This document shows, piece after piece, positions 11,005-20,882 of a stretch of DNA of 64,000 nt; positions within the stretch are counted from its first letter, which is position 1; every line of letters begins with the position of its first letter. Origin of the DNA: Candidatus Poribacteria bacterium (GTDB taxonomy: Bacteria > Poribacteria > WGA-4E > JAJDTR01); NCBI GenBank assembly GCA_965222225.1, contig CBDCTK010000002.1, positions 4,768,001 to 4,832,000 on the forward strand, written 5' to 3'. Both the position numbers and the translations under genes were made by a program. The notes under the pieces were generated by a model, which made no database searches, was not told the origin of the DNA, and saw nothing but the letters and a program-made list of their open reading frames with translations.

Positions 11005-12027
11005 ATGCAACGCTTGAACGCTACCCCGATCTTTCTTCCAATCCTGACGTTGCTCTTGGTCGTCGCCATAGCATACTCGGTGAACGCCGAATCATATACT
11101 TCCTCCATCTGGTCAATCCAATTTAGTCCTGATGGAAGCCAACTTGCCGTTGGGCGCTACCAATGGGTACAACTGTGGGACCTTGGTTCACGCAAAGTGA
11201 TCCAAGATTTGGAACCACACTCTGATGCTGTGAGATGTCTGAAGTTTGCGGATGATGGCAACACTCTGTTCGCTGGCGGAGGTCTGCCGGCACAGAACGG
11301 CGAACTCCATGTCTGGGAGATTGAGTCCGGCGAACAAATTCAAGTCGTAGATTGCCATGCGGACACGATTGAAGCCGTCGCCGTGAGTGCCGATGGTTCC
11401 AGAGTTCTCACTGCGAGCATGGATGAACATGTTTCTGTGATCGCGCTTGACAGTGGTGACATTGAGCGAACCCTTACTCAACATATTGACCGCGTGTTCG
11501 GGATTGATTTCCGCACAGACGGTAAATATTTTGTCACGGGTGGAAAAGACAAAACAGTGAAGATTTGGAATGCTCAGACCTATGAAGTGCTAGTGAACTT
11601 CGACCAAAATGACGCTGCGGTCTATTCTGTCGCGTTTGCTCCCGAAGACAATATGATTGTCTCCGGATCTGCCGACACAGTTCTCCGTTCGTGGCGCGTA
11701 ACTGAATCGGTAACCGAATCTGGAAAACTTCAGACACAGGGAGCGCTAGTTCGGGTTTATAATGGACATCAAGGGGCTGTTTACGCGATTGACTGCGGCA
11801 TGAGAGACAACCAAGTTATTGTGGTATCTGGCAGTGCGGATAAATCGGTCATTGTCTGGAATTTGCGTTCTGGCGGTCGCCTCTACACGTTTGCCCAATC
11901 GACTGACGAAATCTACACGGTTGATTTAAGCGCTGACGGCAGGTTCGTTGCTGCCGGCGGTCGCGATGGAATAGCCCGAATTTGGGATCTATCGAATGGA
12001 GAATTGGTTGCGGCATTGACCGAATAA
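11005..12027 (+). CDS. Secreted WD40-repeat protein
   Basis: Signal peptide followed by about 7 WD40 repeats (e.g. HQGAVYAI...SGSADKSVIVWN). Confidence 0.9.
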   Translation: MQRLNATPIFLPILTLLLVVAIAYSVNAESYTSSIWSIQFSPDGSQLAVGRYQWVQLWDLGSRKVIQDLEPHSDAVRCLKFADDGNTLFAGGGLPAQNGELHVWEIESGEQIQVVDCHADTIEAVAVSADGSRVLTASMDEHVSVIALDSGDIERTLTQHIDRVFGIDFRTDGKYFVTGGKDKTVKIWNAQTYEVLVNFDQNDAAVYSVAFAPEDNMIVSGSADTVLRSWRVTESVTESGKLQTQGALVRVYNGHQGAVYAIDCGMRDNQVIVVSGSADKSVIVWNLRSGGRLYTFAQSTDEIYTVDLSADGRFVAAGGRDGIARIWDLSNGELVAALTE

Positions 12028-12148
12028 CGGATGTATGCACAGCAACTCGACGCGCATGAAGCGAAGGATTTTGAATGTTCAGAGGCAAGAGGATGTTTCG
12101 CAATCCGATTGCGGGAAATTAGATATTGGCACAAGGATTACACATTAA

Positions 12149-12411
12149 GGGCCTGTTTGAAAAGTACAGTTTGTAGGGTGCGATCAAAGGAATGAATAAT
12201 GACTGCGATAGAGATCCCCTACGATCAAGCGAATGAATAATGAGCGCGATAGAAATCCTACCAGCCTCTAAAAGCCCCAGCGGGGATCAAGCGAGTGAAT
12301 AACGAGTGCGATAGGGATCCCACAGGTATGTAGCAGCCAACAATGAAAACATGAAAAAACTTTCTACAAATGACCAAAAATGGCTTTACCACCGATTATT
12401 CAAGCAGGCTC
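12149..12411. mobile_element. Non-autonomous MITE-like element with IS5-like ends, containing REP-like and 37-nt units
   Basis: Terminal inverted repeats GGGCCTGTTTGAA (12149-12161) and TTCAAGCAGGCTC (12399-12411), flanked by TAA on both sides. The right-end sequence recurs degenerately at about 16914-16957. Confidence 0.6.
12182..12321 (+). repeat. Three copies of the 37-nt covarying-hairpin unit (12182-12218, 12223-12259, 12285-12321)
   Basis: gatcaaaggaatgaataatgactgcgatagagatccc; gatcaagcgaatgaataatgagcgcgatagaaatcct; gatcaagcgagtgaataacgagtgcgatagggatccc. Confidence 0.9.
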
Positions 12412-12466
12412 TAAGTGACAGAGCAGGAAAAATGAACCGCCCAAACAGATTAGAGGAGATTGTACA

Positions 12467-15415
12467 ATGAAAAAAACGTCAACACTGTACGTCGTGTTTC
12501 TGGCATGTGTAGGTTGTCTCTTCTTCGCTCAGAGTCGTTCCTCATTCGCGCAGGGTGCGCCTCGCATCAACGCCCTATTCCCGGCTGGCGGGCAAGTCGG
12601 GACAACTGTGGACGTTTCCGTTCAAGGTGCGGATCTTAAGGATGCGCATTCCTTAATAATCGAGGGCGAGAAAGGTATAACCGGCGAGCTATTTGATTCG
12701 AGCGGAGAAGTCGATACAACCCATGAGGAGTTGTTTGAGGCCGCTTGCACCCAGTGCCACGAATTACGTTCCCCGAGCAACAGATCTATGGCAGCCGCTC
12801 AATGGGAAGCGACCGTGGATCGGATGATTAGCGAAAAAGACGCACCCATCTCGGCTGAGGACAGAGACAAGATTGTCTCCTATCTTAAATCCGCGGTTGC
12901 GGCAAGTGGCGGTTTGACCCTTCGCTTGTCAATCCCGCCTGATACCCGGCCCGGGGTCCGCGAAATACGCATTGTTGGCAGATTTGGTGCCTCTACCGCT
13001 TGGCCCTTTGAAATCAGCGAGCAAGTCGAGGAGATTGAGCTGGAGCCCAACAGCAGCATTGACGATGCGGTTCCAGTGATGACTCCGGTTGTTATAAATG
13101 GTCTAATCAATTCCGGCGCAGATGCGGACTATTTCCAATTCGACGGATATGAAGGCGATCGATTTGTCTTTGAGGTCAAAGCCTTCCGACTCAATAATGC
13201 AAGCCAGCAGTTTTTTCACCCGGTCATTACGCTGTTTGATGCAGACGGAGAAGAACTAGCCCGAAATACCGGTTTCTACAGCTTAGATCCGCTCATCGAC
13301 TACACTATCCAGACCGATGGCACGTATTATCTCGGCATTCGAGATTTGCTCTACGGCAATAATCCGTCGTCGGTATACCGTCTCTCAATGGGCACCATTC
13401 CTTATAACACCTATATCTTTCCACCTGCCGGCAAAATTGGAACAACGGTCAATGCCGTACTAGGCGGCGAGAACCTTCCTGAGATCTCTGCGACGGATTC
13501 GAGCGCTTCACTTGATATGCCGATTGACTTAACCGCCGATCGAGAGCCCGGTTTAGAGGAGATACGCACGCCTTACGGGAATTTTCCCTTTATCTCAAGC
13601 CTCGCGCCGGAGACCGTAGAGGTCGCAATGAGTGAGCCAATCAATACCTCACCGGAACCGGTCGAGACATCCGATATAGAGGAGCGAAGAATGTTCGAAA
13701 CCAGGTGCAGTCAATGCCATGAGTTGCGCTCGCCGGGCAATCGGGCCCTCACTGCGGAGGAGTGGCGGACGACCATAATGCGCATGGTAGCCAAAGACAA
13801 TGCCAACATTTCGGTGGAAGAGACAGAGCAGATTATCGCCTTTGTGCAGGCAGAAGCACGGCGTTTGGCGGCAATTATGGCTAAGCAAATCCACAGCGCA
13901 CAGGAGATTTCTGTATCTGGGGGAGTCAGTGGCCGTATCTCGGAGGCAGGCGATGTCGACTACTACAAGTTTGATGTCCGTGAAGGACAGACGCTTGGAC
14001 CGTGGTGGATCATCCAACCGTTTGACAATTTCAACGAAACCGGGTTTGATGTCATATATCCGCCGGAGGTTGAAATCGACCTTGAAAAGGAATACGTTGG
14101 CAAAGGTGGACGAACGATTGGATGGTATCAATCGACCGGTACGGGAAACAATGTGTTTTCGAATGTTCCGGAAGATGATGTCGTCGGTTATGCACTGACC
14201 TATTTTGAATCGGACCGCGATTGCACCGAAATTCTATCTCTCGGATCCGACGACGGCATCAAAGTCTGGGTGAACGACAAGCTGATATGGAGTCATCATG
14301 TTCATCGTGCACTACGTTCTGCCGATGACGTGATTGCCTTGCCTCTATCCAAGGGACGCAACAAGATCCTAATCAAGATTGAGAACGGTTTTGGGCCTTG
14401 GGGGTTCTTAGCGTCAATTGGTGGATACTCAATGGATCTTTCCGCGGAACGGCTCGGCTCTCCATTAAGCCCGTCCCTGACGTTGCTGAACTCAAGAGGA
14501 GAGGTTCTTGCGAACAACGCCGGCATCGCCGGAGGACGCGATGCGCGCATTGACTTTAGTTTCCCCGAACCGGATGTTTACATGCTTCGAGTTGAGGACA
14601 TCACTGGCGCCGGAGGAGATGGTTACATCTATCATCTCAGCGTGGTTCCGACACGTCCCGATTTTAACATCTCGATGACGCCGGATAATCCAAACATCGG
14701 CAGAGGCGGAACGGTTGTCCTGACTGTGACCGCGGATCGTCGAGTTGGATTTAGTGGTGAAATTATGCTCGAAGTGGAGAACCTGCCTCCGGGAGTAACA
14801 GCGAGTGTCGGTGCAATTTTGAAAGAGATGGGAGAGGGTATCATCACGTTGACTGCCGCGCCTGACGCACCGTTGGAACACCGTGTGGTGCAGGTCGTGG
14901 GAAGTGTCATACCGTTAGCGGGCGAGTTGGTTAAGCGCGCGGCGAATCCTATCGAATTCTATCGGCTTAACAACCAACTGTTGCCCGTACAGCGCTCAAG
15001 CGTGGTGGTTAGCGTCACCGAGCCGCCCATCGTCACTCTTTCTATCTCGCCCGATAATCTAACCATTGCGCCTGAAACACCGGTGCCGTTAAAAGTCGTC
15101 GCACAGCGCAAGCCCGGATCACAGCAGATTCTTACACTTGCCCTTCTCGGCTTGCCGCCGGGCATCCGAACACAACAGTTGAACACCATCCTTGGAGGCG
15201 ATCAGACGGAAGCCACAATTGTACTCGAACCGATTATTGTTGGTGTCGGGGTTACGGCGAGGCAGAACCCGTTTGTCGGTCGCGAACTCGCGACCCTTCC
15301 CTACGACGTGGTTGTGACCGCTTCCGTTGGCCAACAGATTGTTGCCAGTAGCCCTCCCGCGAAACTGTTCATCGGCGTTAACAGTTCCGGCGCTGCGCAG
15401 ATAAGCGCAGACTGA
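12467..15415 (+). CDS. Secreted multidomain protein: PPC domains, two c-type heme domains and a PA14-like domain
   Basis: Signal peptide; FPAGGQVGTTV, ELEPNSS, DADYFQF and GDVDYYKF (PPC-type); CTQCH and CSQCH; LGSDDGIKVWVN (PA14-like). Confidence 0.75.
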   Translation: MKKTSTLYVVFLACVGCLFFAQSRSSFAQGAPRINALFPAGGQVGTTVDVSVQGADLKDAHSLIIEGEKGITGELFDSSGEVDTTHEELFEAACTQCHELRSPSNRSMAAAQWEATVDRMISEKDAPISAEDRDKIVSYLKSAVAASGGLTLRLSIPPDTRPGVREIRIVGRFGASTAWPFEISEQVEEIELEPNSSIDDAVPVMTPVVINGLINSGADADYFQFDGYEGDRFVFEVKAFRLNNASQQFFHPVITLFDADGEELARNTGFYSLDPLIDYTIQTDGTYYLGIRDLLYGNNPSSVYRLSMGTIPYNTYIFPPAGKIGTTVNAVLGGENLPEISATDSSASLDMPIDLTADREPGLEEIRTPYGNFPFISSLAPETVEVAMSEPINTSPEPVETSDIEERRMFETRCSQCHELRSPGNRALTAEEWRTTIMRMVAKDNANISVEETEQIIAFVQAEARRLAAIMAKQIHSAQEISVSGGVSGRISEAGDVDYYKFDVREGQTLGPWWIIQPFDNFNETGFDVIYPPEVEIDLEKEYVGKGGRTIGWYQSTGTGNNVFSNVPEDDVVGYALTYFESDRDCTEILSLGSDDGIKVWVNDKLIWSHHVHRALRSADDVIALPLSKGRNKILIKIENGFGPWGFLASIGGYSMDLSAERLGSPLSPSLTLLNSRGEVLANNAGIAGGRDARIDFSFPEPDVYMLRVEDITGAGGDGYIYHLSVVPTRPDFNISMTPDNPNIGRGGTVVLTVTADRRVGFSGEIMLEVENLPPGVTASVGAILKEMGEGIITLTAAPDAPLEHRVVQVVGSVIPLAGELVKRAANPIEFYRLNNQLLPVQRSSVVVSVTEPPIVTLSISPDNLTIAPETPVPLKVVAQRKPGSQQILTLALLGLPPGIRTQQLNTILGGDQTEATIVLEPIIVGVGVTARQNPFVGRELATLPYDVVVTASVGQQIVASSPPAKLFIGVNSSGAAQISAD

Positions 15416-15544
15416 TTTTTGGCACACACAACTACGATACCCGTGTGCACGATTCTGTGCACTCGTAGAAATCAACTAACCGAATTCGGTAGGAGCGATC
15501 TCCTGATCGCGACCTCATGTTGCAACCGGGGGACAATCTCAACC

Positions 15545-15581
15545 AATCAATTGAGCGGATAGCAAGGACGATAGAACCTCC
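15545..15581 (+). repeat. Degenerate copy of the 37-nt unit, downstream of a GTAG-type REP-like hairpin (15489-15513)
   Basis: aatcaattgagcggatagcaaggacgatagaacctcc aligns without gaps to the consensus. Confidence 0.6.
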
Positions 15582-15666
15582 ACTATCGTCAACCACACCG
15601 CCCCCATTCTTGCTTTCGTTTTCTTTCGCATGACGAACCATGCATTAGTCTTGGGAGACAGCTTAA

Positions 15667-16797
15667 ATGAGCACCGATAGCGCAGCGCACGATCAGAGTG
15701 CCGCTTACATCCGTGATGGCGAGCGTATGGCGTACCAGCTTGGTAATCGCGGTCCACTAAAATTCAATCCCGATGGCACAGCAGACAGAGCAATCTTGGA
15801 TGCTTACTGGCATTTCGGCTTCTATGTGTTTCAGGGCGCCGTAAAGGCTGACGAACTGGTGGAGTTGCAGACAGAGTTGGAGCATGCCTTTGAGCGTGCC
15901 CCGTACACCAAGGATGCCCTTTTAGACTCCCGGGGACGGTCTGCCATTGGAACCGAATCTGAGCGGTCGAGTTTTCGTTTCTCGAAGCCGCTGAGCGATC
16001 CCGATGGAGGCATGGGGCGTCACCCCGCCAAAATGCTGGTACCCGAACCGCCGCCTGACGCGCCCGATTACGTAATTTCCGGAATCTCCGGTCCTATACA
16101 GCTTCTGGACTCCTGCTTTAGGCTCTACGGCCACCCCCATCTGCTGTCCATCACCGAGCAGATAAATGGCTCCGACTTCACCCCGTTCTCCGAGTCGATG
16201 ATCGTAAAGCCGGCGGGCTTGGGGCCATCGGTGGCATGGCATCAGGACGGCACCACGCACTGGGATAAAGATGATTTGGACGAAGGCACTCACGGATTTA
16301 ATTTCATGTTTCAGTATTACGGAAGTACCGCGGCTAACGGTGTCTGGGTGCTTCCGGGATCACACAAACTGGGCAAACTCGACATAATCCAAATGATAGC
16401 CGACAATAATGGATCGGATCGCCTGCTCGGGGCGGTGCCCATGGTCTGCGATCCTGGCGACATCGTCATTTCCAACCGCCAACTGTTGCACGCATCCTTC
16501 CCAAATGACTCGCCCGACAAGCGAGTGACGTTCAACTTCGGTTTTCACCGCCGATCTTCGATACTAAATGTCCGGCGTAAAAGGCAAGACAAGCCCGACC
16601 TCGTCTACGACGAAGAGCTCGTCATTCAAAGATCACGTATGATTGCCCTTGCGATAGATGCCCGGCAGCAACGATTCCCGAATGAACCTCGGTACGTTTA
16701 CAAGCCATTGGCTGGACAAGAAGACTCCAATCGGTGGAGCGAGGAGACGCGGGAAAGCATCCTGAACAACCGCAGTCTCATTAACTTGAGTATTTAA
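15667..16797 (+). CDS. PhyH family dioxygenase
   Basis: FGFYVF, SVAWHQDG, WVLPGSH, LLHASFPNDSPDKR. Confidence 0.9.
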   Translation: MSTDSAAHDQSAAYIRDGERMAYQLGNRGPLKFNPDGTADRAILDAYWHFGFYVFQGAVKADELVELQTELEHAFERAPYTKDALLDSRGRSAIGTESERSSFRFSKPLSDPDGGMGRHPAKMLVPEPPPDAPDYVISGISGPIQLLDSCFRLYGHPHLLSITEQINGSDFTPFSESMIVKPAGLGPSVAWHQDGTTHWDKDDLDEGTHGFNFMFQYYGSTAANGVWVLPGSHKLGKLDIIQMIADNNGSDRLLGAVPMVCDPGDIVISNRQLLHASFPNDSPDKRVTFNFGFHRRSSILNVRRKRQDKPDLVYDEELVIQRSRMIALAIDARQQRFPNEPRYVYKPLAGQEDSNRWSEETRESILNNRSLINLSI

Positions 16798-16798
16798 G

Positions 16799-16957
16799 CT
16801 CGACTTTGTACATTTGTAGGGTGGGCACTGCCCACCAGCCTTTGAAAGCCTTTTCCCCGTGAAATATGTCCTGTAGGAGCGAGCTCCAGCTCTCGATAAC
16901 AACCCGCTCTCCGCAAATGACCAAAAAATGGCTTTGCCGCCTATTTCAAACAAATCC
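16799..16957. repeat. Composite MITE end / GTAG REP cluster
   Basis: 16799-16836 is the exact reverse complement of 56224-56261; GTAG hairpins gtagggtgggcactgcccacc and gtaggagcgagctccagctctcg; the right part resembles 12363-12411. Confidence 0.7.
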
Positions 16958-17033
16958 TACGGAACTACACAATATATCGAAAGGGTTGAGCGCTCCGGGG
17001 TTAGTGAACGATATGCCGTTGAAACAGGAAACA

Positions 17034-19322
17034 TCACTCTGACTTCCGATTGATTTGAGCAATCCCGTCTGTCATAACCGCTCTGATTTGGTCGTTACTC
17101 AGTGCCTCACTAAAGATTGCAACCTCGTCAATAACACCGTTAAAAAATTCTCCCGGTGAATCCTTACTGCGCGTGCCAATCACACAATAGGGGGCGCCGG
17201 AATACTTGATTTCTCCATTAAACACGTAGGCAAAAACCACTTCGCCGTCAATATAACCTCTTCTCATGCCGCCGTCATACGTGATTGTCATGTGATGCCA
17301 CTGGTGCAGTCGCAGTGCGCCTGAAAGAAACTCCTTATTCTCGGCGTTGATGGCTATCCAAAAAACGGGTTCGCCCTGCACTGCGCCCAATCCCAAGCTC
17401 CTCCATGGAGGAGCCCAACGCGGCGAATCATCAAAAGGAAGCGTGACCGCCGACAAACCGCTATCCTTATCGGTGTGCACCTTTATCCATGCCATCATCG
17501 TCCCTTTCGGAATTCGCAACACCTGGGCGTTTCCGCAGTCCACATAATCATCTACGCCGTCAAACTGCAATGCGGCGCCGAACCTGCCTTCAACCCATTT
17601 AGGATTTCCCACCAGTGCCCCATCGCTATTATTGCGCGAGGAATCTTTGGCTATATTTCCTTCTCCCTCATCGAAACCCCATATTCCTACGACAGTTCGC
17701 GGATTGATCTTGTCCTCTCTTGGTGTTGTAGGCGTCATCCGATACAGTACGTAGTTCTGGAGGCTTTCCCGCACAACTGAAGGTTCAAACACTTTCACCT
17801 CCGTGAGCGAGTGTCTTGCCTGAAGCTCCTTGGGGAATATCCGTCCCGAAACGACCAAGATATCCTCTCTCCGCTCACTACTCAATCTCTGAATCTCCTG
17901 AAGAACCTCCTCGGTAGATAATCCCCTTCCTCTCGCCCATGCCTCGTCCCACGGAATGAAAGATCCGAATCGTTTTGTCCGTGGATAGTAAAAGTTGTCC
18001 TTCTCTAAATATCCAAGGATTTCCAGTGTCACGTCATCTGGCGGTTCTGCCGCAACAATCATTTCGTCCAGATTTTCGGATTTGATGAATTGAGCAACTG
18101 CCTTACCTCCCGAAAAAGGATATTTGTAGTCCATTATCGCCGCGGCAACGCCGCCGACCAGATGAAGCACGAGGAACACGGTGAGAACTACACCAAGATA
18201 TCTAGCCAATCCCAAACTGATTCCATTTAGGCGATTAACCAAATCAAATTTCAACTTTGGAAAGTCCCGGCAATAATGGCACAGCCAGTTTGCAGCGATA
18301 AACGCCATGAAGAGAAAACCCCAATGACGTATAAATCCGAAGCGTTTTGAGTAAAACAAAGCCAAGAGACCAATAGTTCCAAACAGATACATTAGGAAAG
18401 CCATAGGTTTCCTAATGAAAAGGAACAGTGCGAAAAGGAGGATAAGTACGGCTAAGACGTATTTGACTTCATGCGCGGCAGGAAGCCTGTCTAGGAGATA
18501 GGTGTTCCAAAAACGCAGCGTGAATTCCGGTATCGGGAGGAACGCTTTGGGCAAGATATTCAGGACATTCAGAAAGTGATTCAACTCGAACTCCGTCCTC
18601 CACCCCGGAAAAATCCCTTGGCTCGGACCGGATGGCTTCAGTTGGACAATCGCCGTCACAATCCCAAACAAAATCAATCCGAAGCCGATTCCAATCTCTT
18701 TTCTGGGTGGTCGCTCAGTGTCAGTCATAATCTCCCAGCATAAGCCAATGCCAATGGATATTACGATGATCAACGCATGTACGCTGGTATGAGCCATCAG
18801 CAGAAGGATGAAGCCTAAAAGAGGTAACCTTGTTTTCCAGCTCCGAAAAAGCGCGCAGAAAACGAAAAGCAATAGCACTCCCAAGGCATAGTTTCTACAG
18901 AGAATAGCGTATTCATAGAAGGGCAGATATCCAAACACGAAAAGCGTTTTCTGCAGCCGCGTGAAAGGCGAAAATCTCAAGAAGACATACGCCGAGATGG
19001 TTGCTATAATGAGATGAAAAGGCTGCATGATGATGGGTGACTGCGTGATAAGTTTTAAAGCGTAAAGGCAGATATGCCATAAACCGGGGTGCCCGTCATA
19101 TCGATTAAGGTGGTACAGGATTTCAATTGGTGAGGCGCTGTCCCGTGCAATCAGCCATGCCTGCATTTCATCTCTCCACATTTCGTGGTGCCAGGCGATA
19201 AGGCCTCCGAGAAGCAGAAAGAGTGCCGAAACCGCCATTGCGTAGGAAGAATCGGATAATTGCGGCAGGATGTTCTCTTGATGACTTCGACTATTGACCG
19301 TATCCGGTTGTGCAGATGCCAT
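17034..19322 (-). CDS. Polytopic membrane glycosyltransferase-like (GT-C type) protein fused to a C-terminal LamG/ConA-like domain
   Basis: HHEMWRDEMQAWLIA, YDGHPGLW, EYAILCRNY and many TM segments; C-terminal WGFDEGEG...FDGVDDYV...WHHMTITYDG...FNGVIDEVAIF. Start chosen at ATG 19322 from its RBS. Confidence 0.7.
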   Translation of the reverse strand: MASAQPDTVNSRSHQENILPQLSDSSYAMAVSALFLLLGGLIAWHHEMWRDEMQAWLIARDSASPIEILYHLNRYDGHPGLWHICLYALKLITQSPIIMQPFHLIIATISAYVFLRFSPFTRLQKTLFVFGYLPFYEYAILCRNYALGVLLLFVFCALFRSWKTRLPLLGFILLLMAHTSVHALIIVISIGIGLCWEIMTDTERPPRKEIGIGFGLILFGIVTAIVQLKPSGPSQGIFPGWRTEFELNHFLNVLNILPKAFLPIPEFTLRFWNTYLLDRLPAAHEVKYVLAVLILLFALFLFIRKPMAFLMYLFGTIGLLALFYSKRFGFIRHWGFLFMAFIAANWLCHYCRDFPKLKFDLVNRLNGISLGLARYLGVVLTVFLVLHLVGGVAAAIMDYKYPFSGGKAVAQFIKSENLDEMIVAAEPPDDVTLEILGYLEKDNFYYPRTKRFGSFIPWDEAWARGRGLSTEEVLQEIQRLSSERREDILVVSGRIFPKELQARHSLTEVKVFEPSVVRESLQNYVLYRMTPTTPREDKINPRTVVGIWGFDEGEGNIAKDSSRNNSDGALVGNPKWVEGRFGAALQFDGVDDYVDCGNAQVLRIPKGTMMAWIKVHTDKDSGLSAVTLPFDDSPRWAPPWRSLGLGAVQGEPVFWIAINAENKEFLSGALRLHQWHHMTITYDGGMRRGYIDGEVVFAYVFNGEIKYSGAPYCVIGTRSKDSPGEFFNGVIDEVAIFSEALSNDQIRAVMTDGIAQINRKSE

Positions 19323-19419
19323 TGTCCTGTTTCCTCTAACCGCGTCTTGTAACCTCGGCTTCATCCACTTGTAGCGCGGCATTGGTAATCGTCAAATCAC
19401 TAATTTCTTGACTCACTGC

Positions 19420-19467
19420 GATCCGCTGAGCAAACAACGAAGGCGATAGAACTCCCATAGAGATTCC
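19420..19467 (+). repeat. Degenerate 37-nt unit (19420-19456) followed by a duplicated 3' tail
   Basis: gatccgctgagcaaacaacgaaggcgatagaactccc, then atagagattcc. Confidence 0.65.
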
Positions 19468-19792
19468 TTCAACCGCTCCGAATCGCGACAGGTCTGTCAA
19501 AACAGAGCGCTGTCGAATCCGATTTCCTCCCTATTAGCAAGAGAAAATCGTTAATCTATCCATAGGTTAATACTCTCAATGTCTCCTTGGTCTGGCAGAT
19601 AGAAAAAACGCCAGAATCATCTTGTTGCAATAGCTAACTCGACAGCCACTCCGGAGCAATCGCACCTGACGGTAGAAGATCGACCGTGCGACTGGATCAA
19701 GGCACCGAATGGGGCGCGTGAAAAAATCTCTCTGCAATTATAAAATCGCGAACTTGCCTTCTTAGATGGAATATTCTCTTGCTTGCAATAGA

Positions 19793-19863
19793 AGCCCTGG
19801 AGGGGCGATAGGTGTATAGTAGTTGATACCCCATACTACACCAGCCCCAGCGGGGGCGACAGG
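19793..19863. repeat. REP-like doublet (gccccagcgggg/ggggcgac family)
   Basis: agccctggaggggcgatagg...agccccagcgggggcgacagg; related to 12273-12330 and, reversed, 56091-56160. Confidence 0.55.
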
Positions 19864-20085
19864 CAGGTGCTTGGCTCGTGGTGCCAATCCTCAGCCATCA
19901 AATCGTTGATTTCCTTCGGTGATTAGAAAATCACCGAGAAGATCTCATCTGCGATTTGCCGATTGCAAATCCCTCTTCTCTTCCCATTGCACATCTCGTC
20001 TAGAGAGAGGTAGAGCGCTTTCCACACCCCAAAACCAGATGCGATTCCTCTGTCAGCCATCTCTAAAGGTTCCGACAAGCGCGAA

Positions 20086-20772
20086 TCATTTCTCCAATAA
20101 ATCCAGACATGACTTAAATCGACGGTCATGGTCCGCAAACTGTTTTAACCACTCAACAACTGTTTTGCCATCGCTAAGTCTAGCTTGTATATCTGCGCCA
20201 TTTTCCACAAGAAATTGAGTGGTTTCTACGTGTCCATGACCGGCTGCACAGTATAGGGGAAAGTGTCCGTGATCTGACATCGCATTCGGATCTGCACCGC
20301 AAGAGACCAGTTGTTCCACAATGTCAAGGTCACCGTTTCGAGCAGCATGGTGCAAGGCTGTATCGCCTCGGGCGTAGCGTTCTCGTGTTAGCCCTGCGTT
20401 GTCACTGAGGATGGCGTTTACCCGCGGCACATTGGCTAAGAAAACGGCATAGATAAACTGCCGTGCGAGTTCGGTTGATGGCTTGGTATGCGCATCCAAC
20501 CCGCCGTACGCAACGAGCAATGCTACGACTTCCTTGTTGTCTGGTACTTCCCCGGCATAGTGTACAACATAGCCATCATGAACTGCCAAATCGGCACCAC
20601 AATCTATCAGGTATTTGACAACATCATAATGGCGTCTTAGTCCGGCGTGAAAGATGGGACGCCAATCGTATTTGTCATCTTGATCGACTAACCTCGGGTG
20701 TTGTTCGACAATTTTCTTCACTGCATCAAGATCGCCGCTTGCTGCCGCGTCATGAATTGAACCGACTTCCAT
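20086..20772 (-). CDS. Ankyrin-repeat protein
   Basis: GDTALHHAARNGDLDIVEQLVSCGAD, PLYCAAGHGHVETTQFLVENGAD. Confidence 0.9.
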   Translation of the reverse strand: MEVGSIHDAAASGDLDAVKKIVEQHPRLVDQDDKYDWRPIFHAGLRRHYDVVKYLIDCGADLAVHDGYVVHYAGEVPDNKEVVALLVAYGGLDAHTKPSTELARQFIYAVFLANVPRVNAILSDNAGLTRERYARGDTALHHAARNGDLDIVEQLVSCGADPNAMSDHGHFPLYCAAGHGHVETTQFLVENGADIQARLSDGKTVVEWLKQFADHDRRFKSCLDLLEK

Positions 20773-20882
20773 ATCTATTCTCCATGTGTTGGAAGATTTG
20801 AGTTTTCTTCAAGGGAAAAAGCTCGAATTCAATGTGGAGTCAAGGTGCTGTTAGCTAATGTGCTACCGGGCTTGTCGACGGG

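Noticed and set aside
12182-12321. CRISPR array (three 37-nt repeats)
   Set aside because: Spacers are only 4 and 25 nt and derive from other repeats, the copies vary internally, further copies are dispersed singly, and no cas genes are present.
12182-12321. TIGR-like guide array
   Set aside because: The variable segments are 2-nt self-complementary pairs, not guide-length spacers, and there is no regular tandem period or adjacent Nop-domain gene.
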